Assembly: GCA_950097015.1 (NCBI GenBank)
Contig: CATNEN010000037.1
Location: 1,922,001 to 1,986,000 of the forward strand
Source of the DNA: Macrostomum hystrix
Taxonomy: Eukaryota; Animalia; Platyhelminthes
Length of the DNA: 64,000 nucleotides
Direction of reading: 5' to 3'
Position numbers and translations under genes: made by a program. Shown here piece after piece: positions 1-11,972 of the stretch. The notes under the pieces were generated by a model that was not told where the DNA came from, made no database searches, and saw only the letters and a program-made list of their open reading frames with translations. The first letter of the stretch is position 1. Every line of letters starts with the position of its first letter.

Positions 1-800
1 AGACACAGACACAGACACAGACAGAGACACAGACAAAGACAGAGACACAGACACAGCCACAGACACAGACACAGACACAGACACAGACGCAGACACAGAC
101 ACAGACACAGACACAGACACAGACACAGACGCAGACACAGACACAGACACAGACACAGACGCAGACACAGACACAGACACAGAAAGAGACACAGAAAGAG
201 ACACAGCCACAGCCACAGACAAAGACACAAAGACATACAGACACAGACAGAGACACAGACACAGACACAGACAGAGACACAGACACAGACACAGACACAG
301 ACACAGACACAGACACAGACGCAGACACAGACACAGACACAGAAAGAGACACAGAAAGAGACACAGCCACAGCCACAGACAAAGACACAAAGACATACAG
401 ACACAGACAGAGACACAGACACAGACACAGACAGAGACACAGACAAAGACAGAGACACAGACACAGCCACAGACACAGACACAGACACAGACACAGACGC
501 AGACACAGACACAGACACAGACACAGACACAGACACAGACGCAGACACAGACACAGACACAGAAAGAGACACAGAAAGAGACACAGCCACAGCCACAGAC
601 AAAGACACAAAGACATACAGACACAGACAGAGACACAGACAAAGACAGAGACACAGACACAGACAGAGACACAGACACAGCCACAGACACAGACACAGAC
701 ACAGACACAGACACAGACACAGACACAGACACAGACACAGACACAGCCACAGCCACAGCCACAGCCACAGACAGACACACAGACACAGACAGAGACACAG
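1..800. repeat. (AGACAC)n hexamer microsatellite, probably inside a K2P-gene intron
   Basis: Directly visible AGACAC tandem with AGAGAC/AGCCAC variants; runs off the window start. Confidence 0.97.
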
Positions 801-1439
801 CAATTGGTATCCGGCCAGGACTTCAGGGGGGACTGGGGGGACTGGGGGGGAAAGGGCTTCAGGACACGCCGTCAGATCGTCTTGTCTGATAGCCAATAAT
901 TGACCAAGTAATTGGCGAGCATATGCCAGCATGAAAGGCCTGGCCCTGTCTGCTCAGAGAAAGATTAGAAAATACACACATTATAGATATGTTCCACAAG
1001 GAGAAGGCACGAATTGGTCATGTAGGAGAAAGAGACTTGTGGGAGAGAGCGGTGGCAGCTGCAGCCTCCACTGTTTGTGAATAATATTAATAGCACTGGA
1101 GTGCAAATAGCTTAAGTGTTATTTTAGTGCCAAACGGTATTAGCACTGAGGATGGGGGCGTGCATTGATTGGGAAATGGTCCTAGAAAACGGCCTGAGGC
1201 CTGGGTAGAGATTGGGGACATGCCAAGGCTTCCCATGTTGCAGATTCTGGCGTTAATTAGTTAGAAAGAGAAGCTTCGTGGGCCTGAGAAATTGTTTAAC
1301 GTTACTTTTTTGTGGCATTTTCACAGCACTGGAATATGCACTATGCTAATGCCTCTCAAATTTGCTGAGGATAGGAGAATCTGTGGACTTAATTTTTTAT
1401 TGCAAGGAAAGTTTATGTAGGACCTCAGAATGAGATAGC

Positions 1440-2160
1440 GAAAGGAAAAGGGGGAGAGGGCCGAAGGGAAGACAGAGGGGTAGACAGAAGGGAGGGGTAG
1501 AAAGAGGGAGGGATAGACAGAAGGGAGGGGTAGACAGAGGGTTAGGCAGTTGGGAAGATAGTAAGGAAGACTGAAATGAGTGGGGTAGATTGATAAGAGA
1601 GGGGTATATACAGACGAGAAGATAGAGGAGTCGAAAGACGGGAGGGGTAGACAGTGGAGAAGATAGAGGAGTGGTAAGATGGGAGGGGTAGACAGTGGAG
1701 AAGATAGATGAGTGGTAAGATGGGAGGGGTAGACAGTGGAGAAGATAGAGGAGTGGAAAGACGGGAGGGGTAGACAGAGAGATCATAGAGGGGAAGACAG
1801 AGGGAATGATGAAAGGGGTGGGGTAGATTGACGAGAGATAGACAGAGGAGAAGATAGAGGAGTGGACAGAGGGTAAGGCAGTGGGGGAAGACTCAAAGGA
1901 GTGAGGTAGATTGATGAGAGAGAAGTATATGCAGAGGAGAATATAGAGGAGTGGAAAGCGGGAGGGGTAGACAGAGGAGAATATACAGGAGTGGAAAGCG
2001 GGAGGGGTAGACAGAGGAGAATATACAGGAGTGGAAAGCGGGAGGGGTAGACAGAGGAGAAGATGGAGGGAAGACATAGGGGACTGGAGACAGAGGGGAA
2101 GACTGAAGGGGTGGACTGAGGTTGATTGAGGTGGACATGTCGCAGACATAGGGTCAGACA
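1440..2160. repeat. Degenerate purine-rich tandem repeat (GGGAGGGGTAGACAGAGGAGAAGATAGAGGAGTGGAAAGAC-like) in K2P intron 1
   Basis: Repeated GGGAGGGGTAGACAG cores. It begins just past the donor at 2172. The overlapping minus-strand ORFs are low-complexity P/S/L. Confidence 0.85.
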
Positions 2161-2171
2161 TAAGCTACTCA

Positions 2172-2411
<240 letters not shown>

Positions 2412-2474
2412 TTAAAAAAGTCTGCGAACTGTCAAAACGTTGCCATGGGAATGCGTGTTGGCCTTGATTCTGAA

Positions 2475-3428
2475 TCCTGGAAAATGGGTGCATGTCTTCT
2501 CTCTCACCCCTGGATAATGGGTGCTGGTCTTCTCTCTGACCCCTGGATAATGGGTGCTGGTATTCTCTCTGACCCCTGGATAATGGGTGCTGGTATTCTC
2601 TCTGACCCCTGGATAATGGGTGCTGATCTTCTCTCTGACCCCTGGATAATGGGTGCTGGTCTTCTCTCTGACCCCTGGATAATGGGTGCTGATCTTCTCT
2701 CTGACCTCTGGATAATGGGTGCTGGTCTTCTCTCTGACCCCTGGATAATGGGTGCTGGTCTTCTCTCTGACCCCTGGATAATGGGTGCTGATCTTCTCTC
2801 TGACCCCTGGATAATGGGTGCTGGTCTTCTCTCTGACCCCTGGATAATGGGTGCTGGTCTTCTCTCTGACCCTGGATAATGGGTGCTGATCTTCTCTCTG
2901 ACCCCTGGATAATGGGTGCTGGTCTTCTCTCTGACCCCTGGATAATGGGTGCTGGTCTTCTCTCTGACCCCTGGAAAATGGGTGCTGGTCTTCTCTCTGA
3001 CCCCTGGATAATGGGTGTTGGTCTTCTTTCTGACCCCTGGATAATGGGTGCTGGTCTTCTCTCTGACCCCTGGATAATGGGTGCTGGTCTTCTCTCTGAC
3101 CCCTGGATAATGGGTGCTGGTCTTCTCTCTCACCCCTGGATAATGGGTGCTGGCCTTCTCTCTGACCCCTGGATAATGGGTGCTGGTCTTCTCTCTGACC
3201 CCTGGATAATGGGTGTTGGTCTTCTCTCTGACCCCTGGATAATGGGTGCTGGTCTTCTCTCTGACCCCTGGATAATGGGTGCTGGTCTTCTCTCTGACCT
3301 CTGGATAATGGGTGCTGGTCTTCTCTCTGACCTCTGGATAATGGGTGTTGGTCTTCTCTCTGACCCCTGGATAATGGGTGCTGGTCTTCTCTCTGACCCC
3401 TGGATAATGGATGCTGATCTTCTCTCCT
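2475..3428. repeat. 33-bp minisatellite (CTCTCTGACCCCTGGATAATGGGTGCTGGTCTT), about 28 copies
   Basis: Visible tandem; it explains the DPWIMGAGLLS-type ORFs. Confidence 0.97.
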
Positions 3429-3633
3429 TCACCCCAAGATAAGCACTAAGATAAGATAAGGATACTTTACAACCATTAGGCCGCACGAGACAAGCCTAGT
3501 ATCGATATACAACTGATGAAACTCGTAATTACAAGAAAAAACTTTATCCTTCCGTAAAATATGTTCGCATACACGAACCGGAAAATTGTCTGGCTGTGAC
3601 TCTATATTAAAGAATAGGCAGTCAATAACCTTC

Positions 3634-4111
3634 TTAGATATAGTCCAATTCGGTCTTAGAAGTTCGTCCCACAAGTACATGAACACTAATCTAGCGGATT
3701 AGCAGTTTAATAATTGCTCTACATACGGAACTACGAACGGAAGTAATCGAATACCTGGGCAGCTCGAGGGCTTTTCAATTCTTTTAGGTATTTAAATGCG
3801 TCAGATTCTTTTCCTTTCAAAGCAGTTTTTCTGCTCTGCTGAACTTCTGTTAGCCAGATACAGGAGCAATCTCTATACTACAAACAGTTCTGTTTGAGTA
3901 TCTGCGTGAGTCGGAGGAGCTTCGTGGGGAGCAATTTTGATTTAAGGAATTCCGACCAGCCACAAACCATGAGCTGGTGCCTGAACAAATAGGAAGCATA
4001 AATTTCTGGCCCACCGAACTCAGCGGCGGAAATGAGCAGCGGCGGTTGAGGAGGAGCTTGCGACAGCTCCGCCCCGGACACCCCCCGAGCTGCCATTTGC
4101 TCCCATTTCGA
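3634..4111 (-). CDS. Possible 3' exons of an unidentified gene or pseudogene
   Basis: A 64-nt intron at 3691-3754 (GTATTC...CTAAT...TAG) joins ...KESDAFKYLKELKSPRAAQ in phase to ISVHVLVGRTSKTELDYI* (3634-3690). A further candidate exon starts at 4111 (SKWEQMAARG...YLFRHQLM). No family recognised; upstream joins unresolved. Confidence 0.3.
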
Positions 4112-5259
4112 CTATATGGACTGGAAATCTTCTTCCCCTTTAAGGAGAAATAAGCATGAGGAAATATACATGGGGATTAACGGGCTGGTGGATTAACTGG
4201 CTAGGAATTGGAACTCGAGGTTTTAAGCCTTGTCGACGATCTTAAAATAGTAATCAACCGCCGAAGCCGAGGCAAGTGCTCCCCGCTAGCCCGACCCCCA
4301 CCTCACCACCCCCGCGAGGGTCATCAGTCAATTCTGGGAGACCCCAATTGAGTCCCGGCTCGACTTTTTTGGAAGGCCTCTCTTCTCTTTCCGGATTTTT
4401 AATCAACACGCCGCATCTTTCGCAATACTGCTCGGGCACCCAGTGGCGCAGTCATGAGCACTCCGGCATTCTCTTCTAAAAATTGCTGAGCTGCTTTGTT
4501 TCAACCAAAGCATTGTTGAGCATTGTTTACTTTTTCAGAAATCTGCTTTTGCTCGGGGGAACAATGGAATTCACTGGAGTGCTCTGATGCTCCGCTGAGT
4601 CCATACTTAAGACCACTTTTGCACCCTCATGCATTCATATTTCTCAGGCCTAATACTTAGTCAGCTAGTCATGCGAAAAAATAATTTTTTTTTTTTACCT
4701 CCAAAATCATTAGCTGCACGTGTGATATGTACATCGGCTACCAAAAAGTACATATTTGACCACTATATGAAGCTGCCGAATAAAGAAAACTGTGATCAGA
4801 AAATAGAGTAACTTGCCTGCCAAACTTCAAATGAAGTTTCTCTTCTCTTTGTCTTTAAAAGGTGTGACCAAATTGTAAACTCGGCCAGTTGATCGCCTTT
4901 TTTGTTATAATCTGGTAAACGTCAGCAAACGGAATTCAGCGAAAATGTCCACAATCGATACTTCTCAAGATTCCGCTAATCAGCGGAAGTTGCTGCTGAG
5001 GCGTTGGCTATCACTATGGAGTGAAACATCGATAATATTACGAGCTAAAAGGGAAATACATTCTGGCAGTCTCTGGTTTCTTGAGTTCATGTTCTGCCTG
5101 GATCTTTTTAGCAGCCATTTGCACGACATATCGATTCTAGGGCCGTTCTGATTGGCTGGAAGGAAGCCAACCAATGACAAATCATTTGGAATCAACCTCG
5201 CCAATATTTTATTTTCTTTCAGGAGAATGTGGTTTTGAAAGACAGACTCAAAATAATTC

Positions 5260-6070
5260 CCAAGGATTCTATCTAGAATTCCAATAGATTCACTATAGAT
5301 ATCCCAAGGATTCTAGAATTCCAATAGATTCACTATAGATATCCCAAGGATTCTAGAATTCCAATAGATTCACTATAGATATCCCAAGGATTCTAGAATT
5401 CCAATAGATTCACTATAGATATCCCAAGGATTCTAGAATTCCAATAGATTCACTATAGATATCCCAAGGATTCTAGAATTCCAATAGATTCACTATAGAT
5501 ATCCCAAGGATGCTAGAATTCCAATAGATTCACTATAGATATCCCAAGGATTCTAGAATTCCAATAGATTCACTATAGATATCCCAAGGATTCTAGAATT
5601 CCAATAGATTCACTATAGATATCCCAAGGATTCTAGAATTCCAATAGATTCACTATAGATATCCCAAGGATTCTAGAATTCCAATAGATTCACTATAGAT
5701 ATCCCAAGAATTCTAGAATTCCAATAGATTCACTATAGATATCCCAAGGATTCTAGAATTCCAATAGATTCACTATAGATATCCCAAGGATGCTAGAATT
5801 CCAATAGATTCACTATAGATATCCCAAGGATTCTAGAATTCCAATAGATTCACTATAGATATCCCAAGGATTCTAGAATTCCAATAGATTCACTATAGAT
5901 ATCCCAAGGATGCTAGAATTCCAATAGATTCACTATAGATATCCCAAGGATTCTAGAATTCCAATAGATTCACTATAGGATATCCCAAGGATGCTAGAAT
6001 TCAAATAGATTCACTATAGATATCCCAAGGATGCTAGAATTCAAATAGATTCACTATAGATATCCCAAGG
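5260..6070. repeat. 40-bp minisatellite (CCCAAGGATTCTAGAATTCCAATAGATTCACTATAGATAT), about 20 copies
   Basis: Near-perfect tandem, directly visible. Confidence 0.97.
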
Positions 6071-6278
6071 ATTGAAGGTCGGGGGTTCGATTCACGACTC
6101 CACTGGAACAATTTGAGAACTTTGAGTACTGGTGTGGTGTCCCCCAGTCCATGGAATGAAAGGCTGTACGCATTCTTCAGGTGCGCCACGCAATAGCTGC
6201 GGGCGGCTGTGCTGTCGACTGCACATCTATTAGAATTGTGCCCAATTGAGCACATTTAATCAATTATTTTTATTTTTG
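6068..6278 (+). mobile_element. tRNA-derived SINE, family A (5'-truncated copy)
   Basis: GATTGAAGGTCGGGGGTTCGATTC (B-box-like), then GTCCCCCAGTCCATGG...GCAATAGCTGCGG...CCCAATTG...TTAATCAATTATT, shared with copies at 25.1, 40.4 and 46.1 kb. Confidence 0.7.
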
Positions 6279-6623
6279 TTTAATCTAAAAAATATACAGA
6301 ATTTAAACCGCACTCAAGTCCGATGCGAACTCGACTTTGCAGACCCTCGAGCCAACTTCCACATCCCCATCTCCAATGGGATCAGGGGTTCGGGCGTCTT
6401 CGCGAATTCCCATGCCCGGCCTGCTCATTGGGGGGAGGTGGGGAAGGGCGGAGGCTGACTGTAAAGTGGCTGGCAGCAGCAGCACGGCAGCTGTATGACA
6501 TGAGAATCATGACAGGATTCCGGGCAAGTCAAACCAGGCGCGTGCCAATTAGGAGGCGCCGGCTGTTGAAAAAGAACCTGATTTTCCAGTCCAGATCTTG
6601 CAGTCATTGTGCGCTGTTGACTC

Positions 6624-6624
<1 letters not shown>

Positions 6625-6665
<41 letters not shown>

Positions 6666-6667
6666 CA
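6625..6667. repeat. (CTG/CAG)n trinucleotide tract, possibly a polyQ-coding exon on the minus strand
   Basis: About 12 CTG units within a GC-rich island (6300-6690). Confidence 0.85.
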
Positions 6668-6999
6668 GCTCAAGGGTGTAATTAAAGTACCGGAGCCGGA
6701 ATATCAGCCCAACTAGCGGGTTTTCTCCTCACCAAAAAACCTTATCTTTTCCCATTATTTCTGCTGCCCCAAATGCTAGCTCAAATTTCTCTTCACATTT
6801 TCCCCATAAAGCATATACTGTCTATTAGTGGTGTGTCGGTACCAAATCAGTCCTATGCGTAACTTGCATACCAGTCACACCAGCGGCGATCTGATTTTCC
6901 TGCCCCAACAACTGGTCTCACTGTCACGCCGACAGACGGGCTTGTATGCAAAATGAGCCGCAGTGCAGCTTATTAAGCACCTTCTCAATATCAGTGTCT

Positions 7000-9745
7000 C
7001 TCCCCTCGGTCTACTCGATTTGGTCACACCCTCAGTCTATTCTCCCTATCAGTCTACTCCCCCTCAGTCTACCCCCCTCAGTCTACTCTCATCCTCAGTC
7101 TACCCCTCAGTCTACTCTCAGCCTCAGTCTACTCTCACCCTCAGTCTACTCCCCGTCAGTCTACTCTCATCCTCAGTCTACCCCTCAGTCTACTCTCACC
7201 ATCAGTCTACTCTCACCCTCAGTCTACTCCCCCCAGTCTACTCTCTCTCAGTCTACTCTCATCCTCAGTCTACCCCTCAGTCTACTCTCAGCCTCAGTCT
7301 ACTCTCACCCTCAGTCTACTCTCCCTCAGTCTACTCTCATCCTCAGTCTACCCCTCAGTCTACTCTCACCATCAGTCTACTCTCACCCTCAGTCTACTCC
7401 CCCCAGTCTACTCTCTCTCAGTCTATTCTCATCCTCAGACTACCCTCCTCAGTCTACTTTTACCACCAGTCTACTCTACCCCTCAGTCTACTCTCATCCT
7501 CACTCTACGCCCCTCAATCTACTCTCACCCTCAGTCGATACTCTCATCCTCAGTCTATACTCTCACCCTCAGTCTACTCTCATCCTCAGTCTATACTCTC
7601 ACCCTCAGTCTATACTCTCATCCTCAGTCTATACTCTCCCCCTCAGTCTACTCTCATCCTCACTCTAGGCCCCTCAGTCTACTCTCACCCTCAGTCTATA
7701 CTCTCACCCTCAGTCTATACTCTCACCCTCAGTCTATACTCTCACCCTCAGTCTACCCTCTCAGTCTACTCTCACCCTCAGTCTACCCTCAGTCTACTCG
7801 CACCCTCAGTCTAATCTCATCATCAGACTACCCTCCTCAGTCTACTCTCACCCTCAGTCTACCCTCTCAGTCTACTCTCACCCTCAGTCTACCCTCAGTC
7901 TACTCGCACCCTCAGTCTAATCTCATCATCAGACTACCCTCCTCAGTCTACTCTTACCACCAGTCTACTCTCCCCCTCAGTCTACTCTCACCCTCCCTCT
8001 ACTCTCACCCTCAGTCTATTCTCTCCATCAGTCTACTCCACCTCAGTCTACTCCCCATAAGTCTACTCTCCCCCTCAGTCTACTCTCATCCTCACTCTAC
8101 CCCCCTCAGTCTACTCTCACCATCAGTCTACTCTCACCCTCAGTCTACTCTCATCCTCAGTCTACCCCCTCAGTCTACTCTCACCCTCAGTCTACTCTCA
8201 TCCTCAGTCTACTCTCATCCTCAGTCTACTCACATCCTCAGTCTACCCCCCCTCAGTCAACTCTCACCCTCAGTCTACTCTCATCCTCAGTCTACTCTCA
8301 CCCTCAGTCTACTCTCACCCTCAGTCTACCCTCAGTCTACTCGCACCCTCAGTCTAATCTCATCATCAGACTACCCTCCTCAGTCTACTCTTACCACCAG
8401 TCTACTCTCCCCCTCAGTCTACTCTCACCCTCCCTCTACTCTCACCCTCAGTCTATTCTCTCCATCAGTCTACTCCACCTCAGTCTACTCCCCATAAGTC
8501 TACTCTCCCCCTCAGTCTACTCTCATCCTCACTCTACCCCCCTCAGTCTACTCTCACCATCAGTCTACTCTCACCCTCAGTCTACTCTCATCCTCAGTCT
8601 ACCCCCTCAGTCTACTCTCACCCTCAGTCTACTCTCATCCTCAGTCTACCCCCTCAGTCTACTCTCACCCTCAGTCTACTCTCATCCTCAGTCTACTCTC
8701 ATCCTCAGTCTACTCACATCCTCAGTCTACCCCCCCTCAGTCAACTCTCACCCTCAGTCTACTCTCATCCTCAGTCTACTCTCACCCTCAGTCTACTCTC
8801 ATCCTCAGTCTACTCTCATCCTCAGTCTACTCTCATCCTCAGTCTACTCACATCCTCAGTCTACCCCCCTCAGTCAACTCTCACCCTCAGTCTACTCTCA
8901 TCCTCAGTCTACTCTCATCCTCACTCTAGGCCCCTCAGTCTACTCTCACCCTCAGTCTATACTCTCACCCTCAGTCTATACTCTCACCCTCAGTCTACCC
9001 TCTCAGTCTACTCTCACCCTCAGTCTACCCTCAGTCTACTCGCACCCTCAGTCTAATCTCATCATCAGACTACCCTCCTCAGTCTACTCTCACCCTCAGT
9101 CTACCCTCTCAGTCTACTCTCACCCTCAGTCTACCCTCAGTCTACTCGCACCCTCAGTCTAATCTCATCATCAGACTACCCTCCTCAGTCTACTCTTACC
9201 ACCAGTCTACTCTCCCCCTCAGTCTACTCTCACCCTCCCTCTACTCTCACCCTCAGTCTATTCTCTCCATCAGTCTACTCCACCTCAGTCTACTCCCCAT
9301 AAGTCTACTCTCCCCCTCAGTCTACTCTCATCCTCACTCTACCCCCCTCAGTCTACTCTCACCATCAGTCTACTCTCACCCTCAGTCTACTCTCATCCTC
9401 AGTCTACCCCCTCAGTCTACTCTCACCCTCAGTCTACTCTCATCCTCAGTCTACTCTCATCCTCAGTCTACTCACATCCTCAGTCTACCCCCCCTCAGTC
9501 AACTCTCACCCTCAGTCTACTCTCATCCTCAGTCTACTCTCACCCTCAGTCTACCCCCCTCAGTCTACTCTCACCATCAGTCTACTCCCCCTGCAGTCTA
9601 TCCCCTCAGTCTATTCTCATCCTCAGTCGATTCTCCCCCTAATTATACTCTCACACTTCGTCTATTCTCACCCTCAGTCTATCTCATCTCCATTCTAATC
9701 TACCTCAGTCTATTCGCATTCCCATGCTAGTCTTACCCTCAGTTT
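7000..9745. repeat. Complex C/T-rich minisatellite (CTCAGTCTACTCTCACC-type units) with higher-order duplications
   Basis: Visible units. The marker GCACCCTCAGTCTAATCTCATCATCAGACTACC recurs at about 7800, 7905, 8343, 9040 and 9148. Confidence 0.95.
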
Positions 9746-10284
9746 ATTTAAACCCTAAGGGTGAAAAAATGTAAGAAAAAATTTCCTTTTTTAGAATCTG
9801 TGCTCGTCATGAGTTTCTATTTTTCGGTGACACGATACGGGCTCGTAATAATGTAATAATATAATACGAGTATATACATAGCAAACTGAACACATTTTCG
9901 CCTCGATGCCCTTATGTTATTTCAATAAAAAAAGAAAAGAAATGCACATTATAAAGAACGTCAATAACTCGCTTAATTTTTTAGCAGTAGTACATTGTTT
10001 TCAGGAAAATTTTTACAGTTTCATGACCTATTCCATTGAGACTACTTAAAGTAAAAACCGAAGTCAGTCCTGAGAAAGATTAGAAAATAACAACAAAAAA
10101 TGTCGCGCAGATTTTGATACCTGAAGTTGAAAACAAATATAAATGCGAAAAAGCTTGATACAGTACTACGTGTTCTCTAACGCAAAATTAGTCACTTTAC
10201 TGCATACATTTATTCTTACAGAGCATTTTAATTACCAACAAGATACTCAGACTGTCCCATATCAACCAAACGCCAATCCCGCAA

Positions 10285-10710
10285 TCTACTGCATCTATCC
10301 AGAAAGCTACTGCATCTATCCAGAAAGCTACTGCATCTATCCCGCAAACTACTGCATCTATCCCTAAAGCTACTGCATCTAACCCAAAAGCTACTGCATC
10401 TATCCAGAAAGCTACTGCATCTATCCCGCAAACTACTGCATCTATCCCTAAAGCTACTGCATCTATCCCGCAAGCTACTGCATCTATCCCGCAAGCTACT
10501 GCATCTATCCCGCAAGCTACTGCATCTATGCTGCAAGCTACTGCATCTAACCCGAAAGCTACTGCATCTAACCCGAAAGCTACTGCATCTATCCAGAAAG
10601 CTACTGCATCTAACCCGAAAGCTACTGCATCTAACCCGAAAGCTACTGCATCTATCCAGAAAGCTACTGCATCTATCCAGAAAGCTACTGCATCTATCCC
10701 GCAAGCTAAT
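10285..10710. repeat. 21-bp minisatellite (GCTACTGCATCTATCCCGCAA), in the probable 3' UTR of the Tctex-domain gene
   Basis: Visible tandem beginning about 40 nt past the stop codon at 10750. Confidence 0.95.
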
Positions 10711-10749
10711 ACACCATTCTCACAAATTGCTACATCCATCTCAAGCTCT

Positions 10750-11972
10750 TCAGCCGTGCAGCCAAAAGAAGTGGCAGGTAATCATGGCGCACACGGTGGC
10801 TCCCTGGCAGGTAGCGGCCCGTTCGAAGTCCCGCATGGTGCGTGCGGTCCGGCACACCTGATGGCAGCTGCTGGGGGGCTGTCCGGCCTCAATGAGCGTC
10901 ACCATGACAACGACCTTGAAGTGTCCTCCAGCCAGCTGGCGCAGAAGTTGTGCGGCCAGACGAACAGCCAGGCCGGAGCACGCAGCGGGCGCGTATTGTG
11001 TCACAGAGTCGAGCTCGCTTTGAACAATTTCAACGGCTCGGCGCCAACGGTCAGCGAAGCGAAGAGCTGCGGCTGTGGCCGCCGAGTCGGCTAGCAACCA
11101 GGACAGCTGCTGCTGCGGTGTGGACTGGACAAGGGGGAGCTGAACAAGGCTGTCAGAGTCGGAGTTGTCGCTGCAAGACAAATAGGAGGTTAATGCCTTG
11201 GAGGCTGCTCGCCTTCTAGCTCTGGATTCTTCAGTTATAGGCCACAGCTCGAAGGCGTCAACATTATCCGGGGTCTTTATTGGCGCTGGGACGATTGATG
11301 CTTCATCCTCCGGCAGGCTGGTAACGTCATCAGACTCGTCATCGTCATAGAATATTCTGAATTCGCTGTTAACATGGCCTACTTCACAAGTCGAAGCTTC
11401 GTCTACTGATTCTGCTGCTGTTGCTGTTAGTGGCGCCTCAACAGCTTCAGGTGTTGTTATTGTTATGGAGGGCAATCCAGGCGGTGCGACCCACCACGTT
11501 AGCGTCTGTCGATTGGACTCTTGATATTTTAGGAACTGTGGGGATTTGTGGGATTTTTAACAAACTTGATAATACTTAATTTACAAGCGGAACTTGGAGC
11601 CAGCACTAAATTTGAAAGTAGCCTTGTCTGGATCATTCAACACAATTGTTACAAAATGTTTGTAAGCTTGGCCATAAACAAGAGTACAGTATTACCATAG
11701 TCCCAGAATAAAGGGGGTCGTGTTTGCTAATCAATTATACTAAAAATGAAAAGTACATGTGTGTCAATTTACTTTCTATTATACTTATTTTTAACCCTAT
11801 TCCATAAAAGTAGCGCTCCATAACGCCTCACCTCGACTTCATCCTCCTCGCTGACCTCCCTGCCGAGACCTTCGTCGTCGGCTTCTCCTGGTTGCCAAGA
11901 GGTTGCGGAGGCGGCCGCTGTCACTTTGATCGACGGCAGCCCATGTGCAATGGATGCGGACTCGGCCTGCAT
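10750..11972 (-). CDS. Tctex-1 (dynein light chain) domain protein with a long acidic disordered N-terminus; exons 11832-11972 and 10750-11535
   Basis: The C-terminus AVEIVQSELDSVTQYAPAACSGLAVRLAAQLLRQLAGGHFKVVVMVTLIE...ATVCAMITCHFFW fits the Tctex-1 family pattern. ATG at 11972, donor GAG|GTGAGG and acceptor CCCCACAG|TTC are both phase 0. Confidence 0.8.

Noticed and set aside
5260-6070. Vector or polylinker contamination (TCACTATAG, EcoRV, XbaI and EcoRI sites in the unit)
   Set aside because: No full T7/SP6 promoter; natural unit variants and genomic flanks; the sites follow from a quasi-palindromic unit.
10197-11219. IDAVACG-repeat ORF and antisense ORFs over the Tctex gene
   Set aside because: Translation of the 21-bp array, and shadow ORFs of GC-rich coding sequence.
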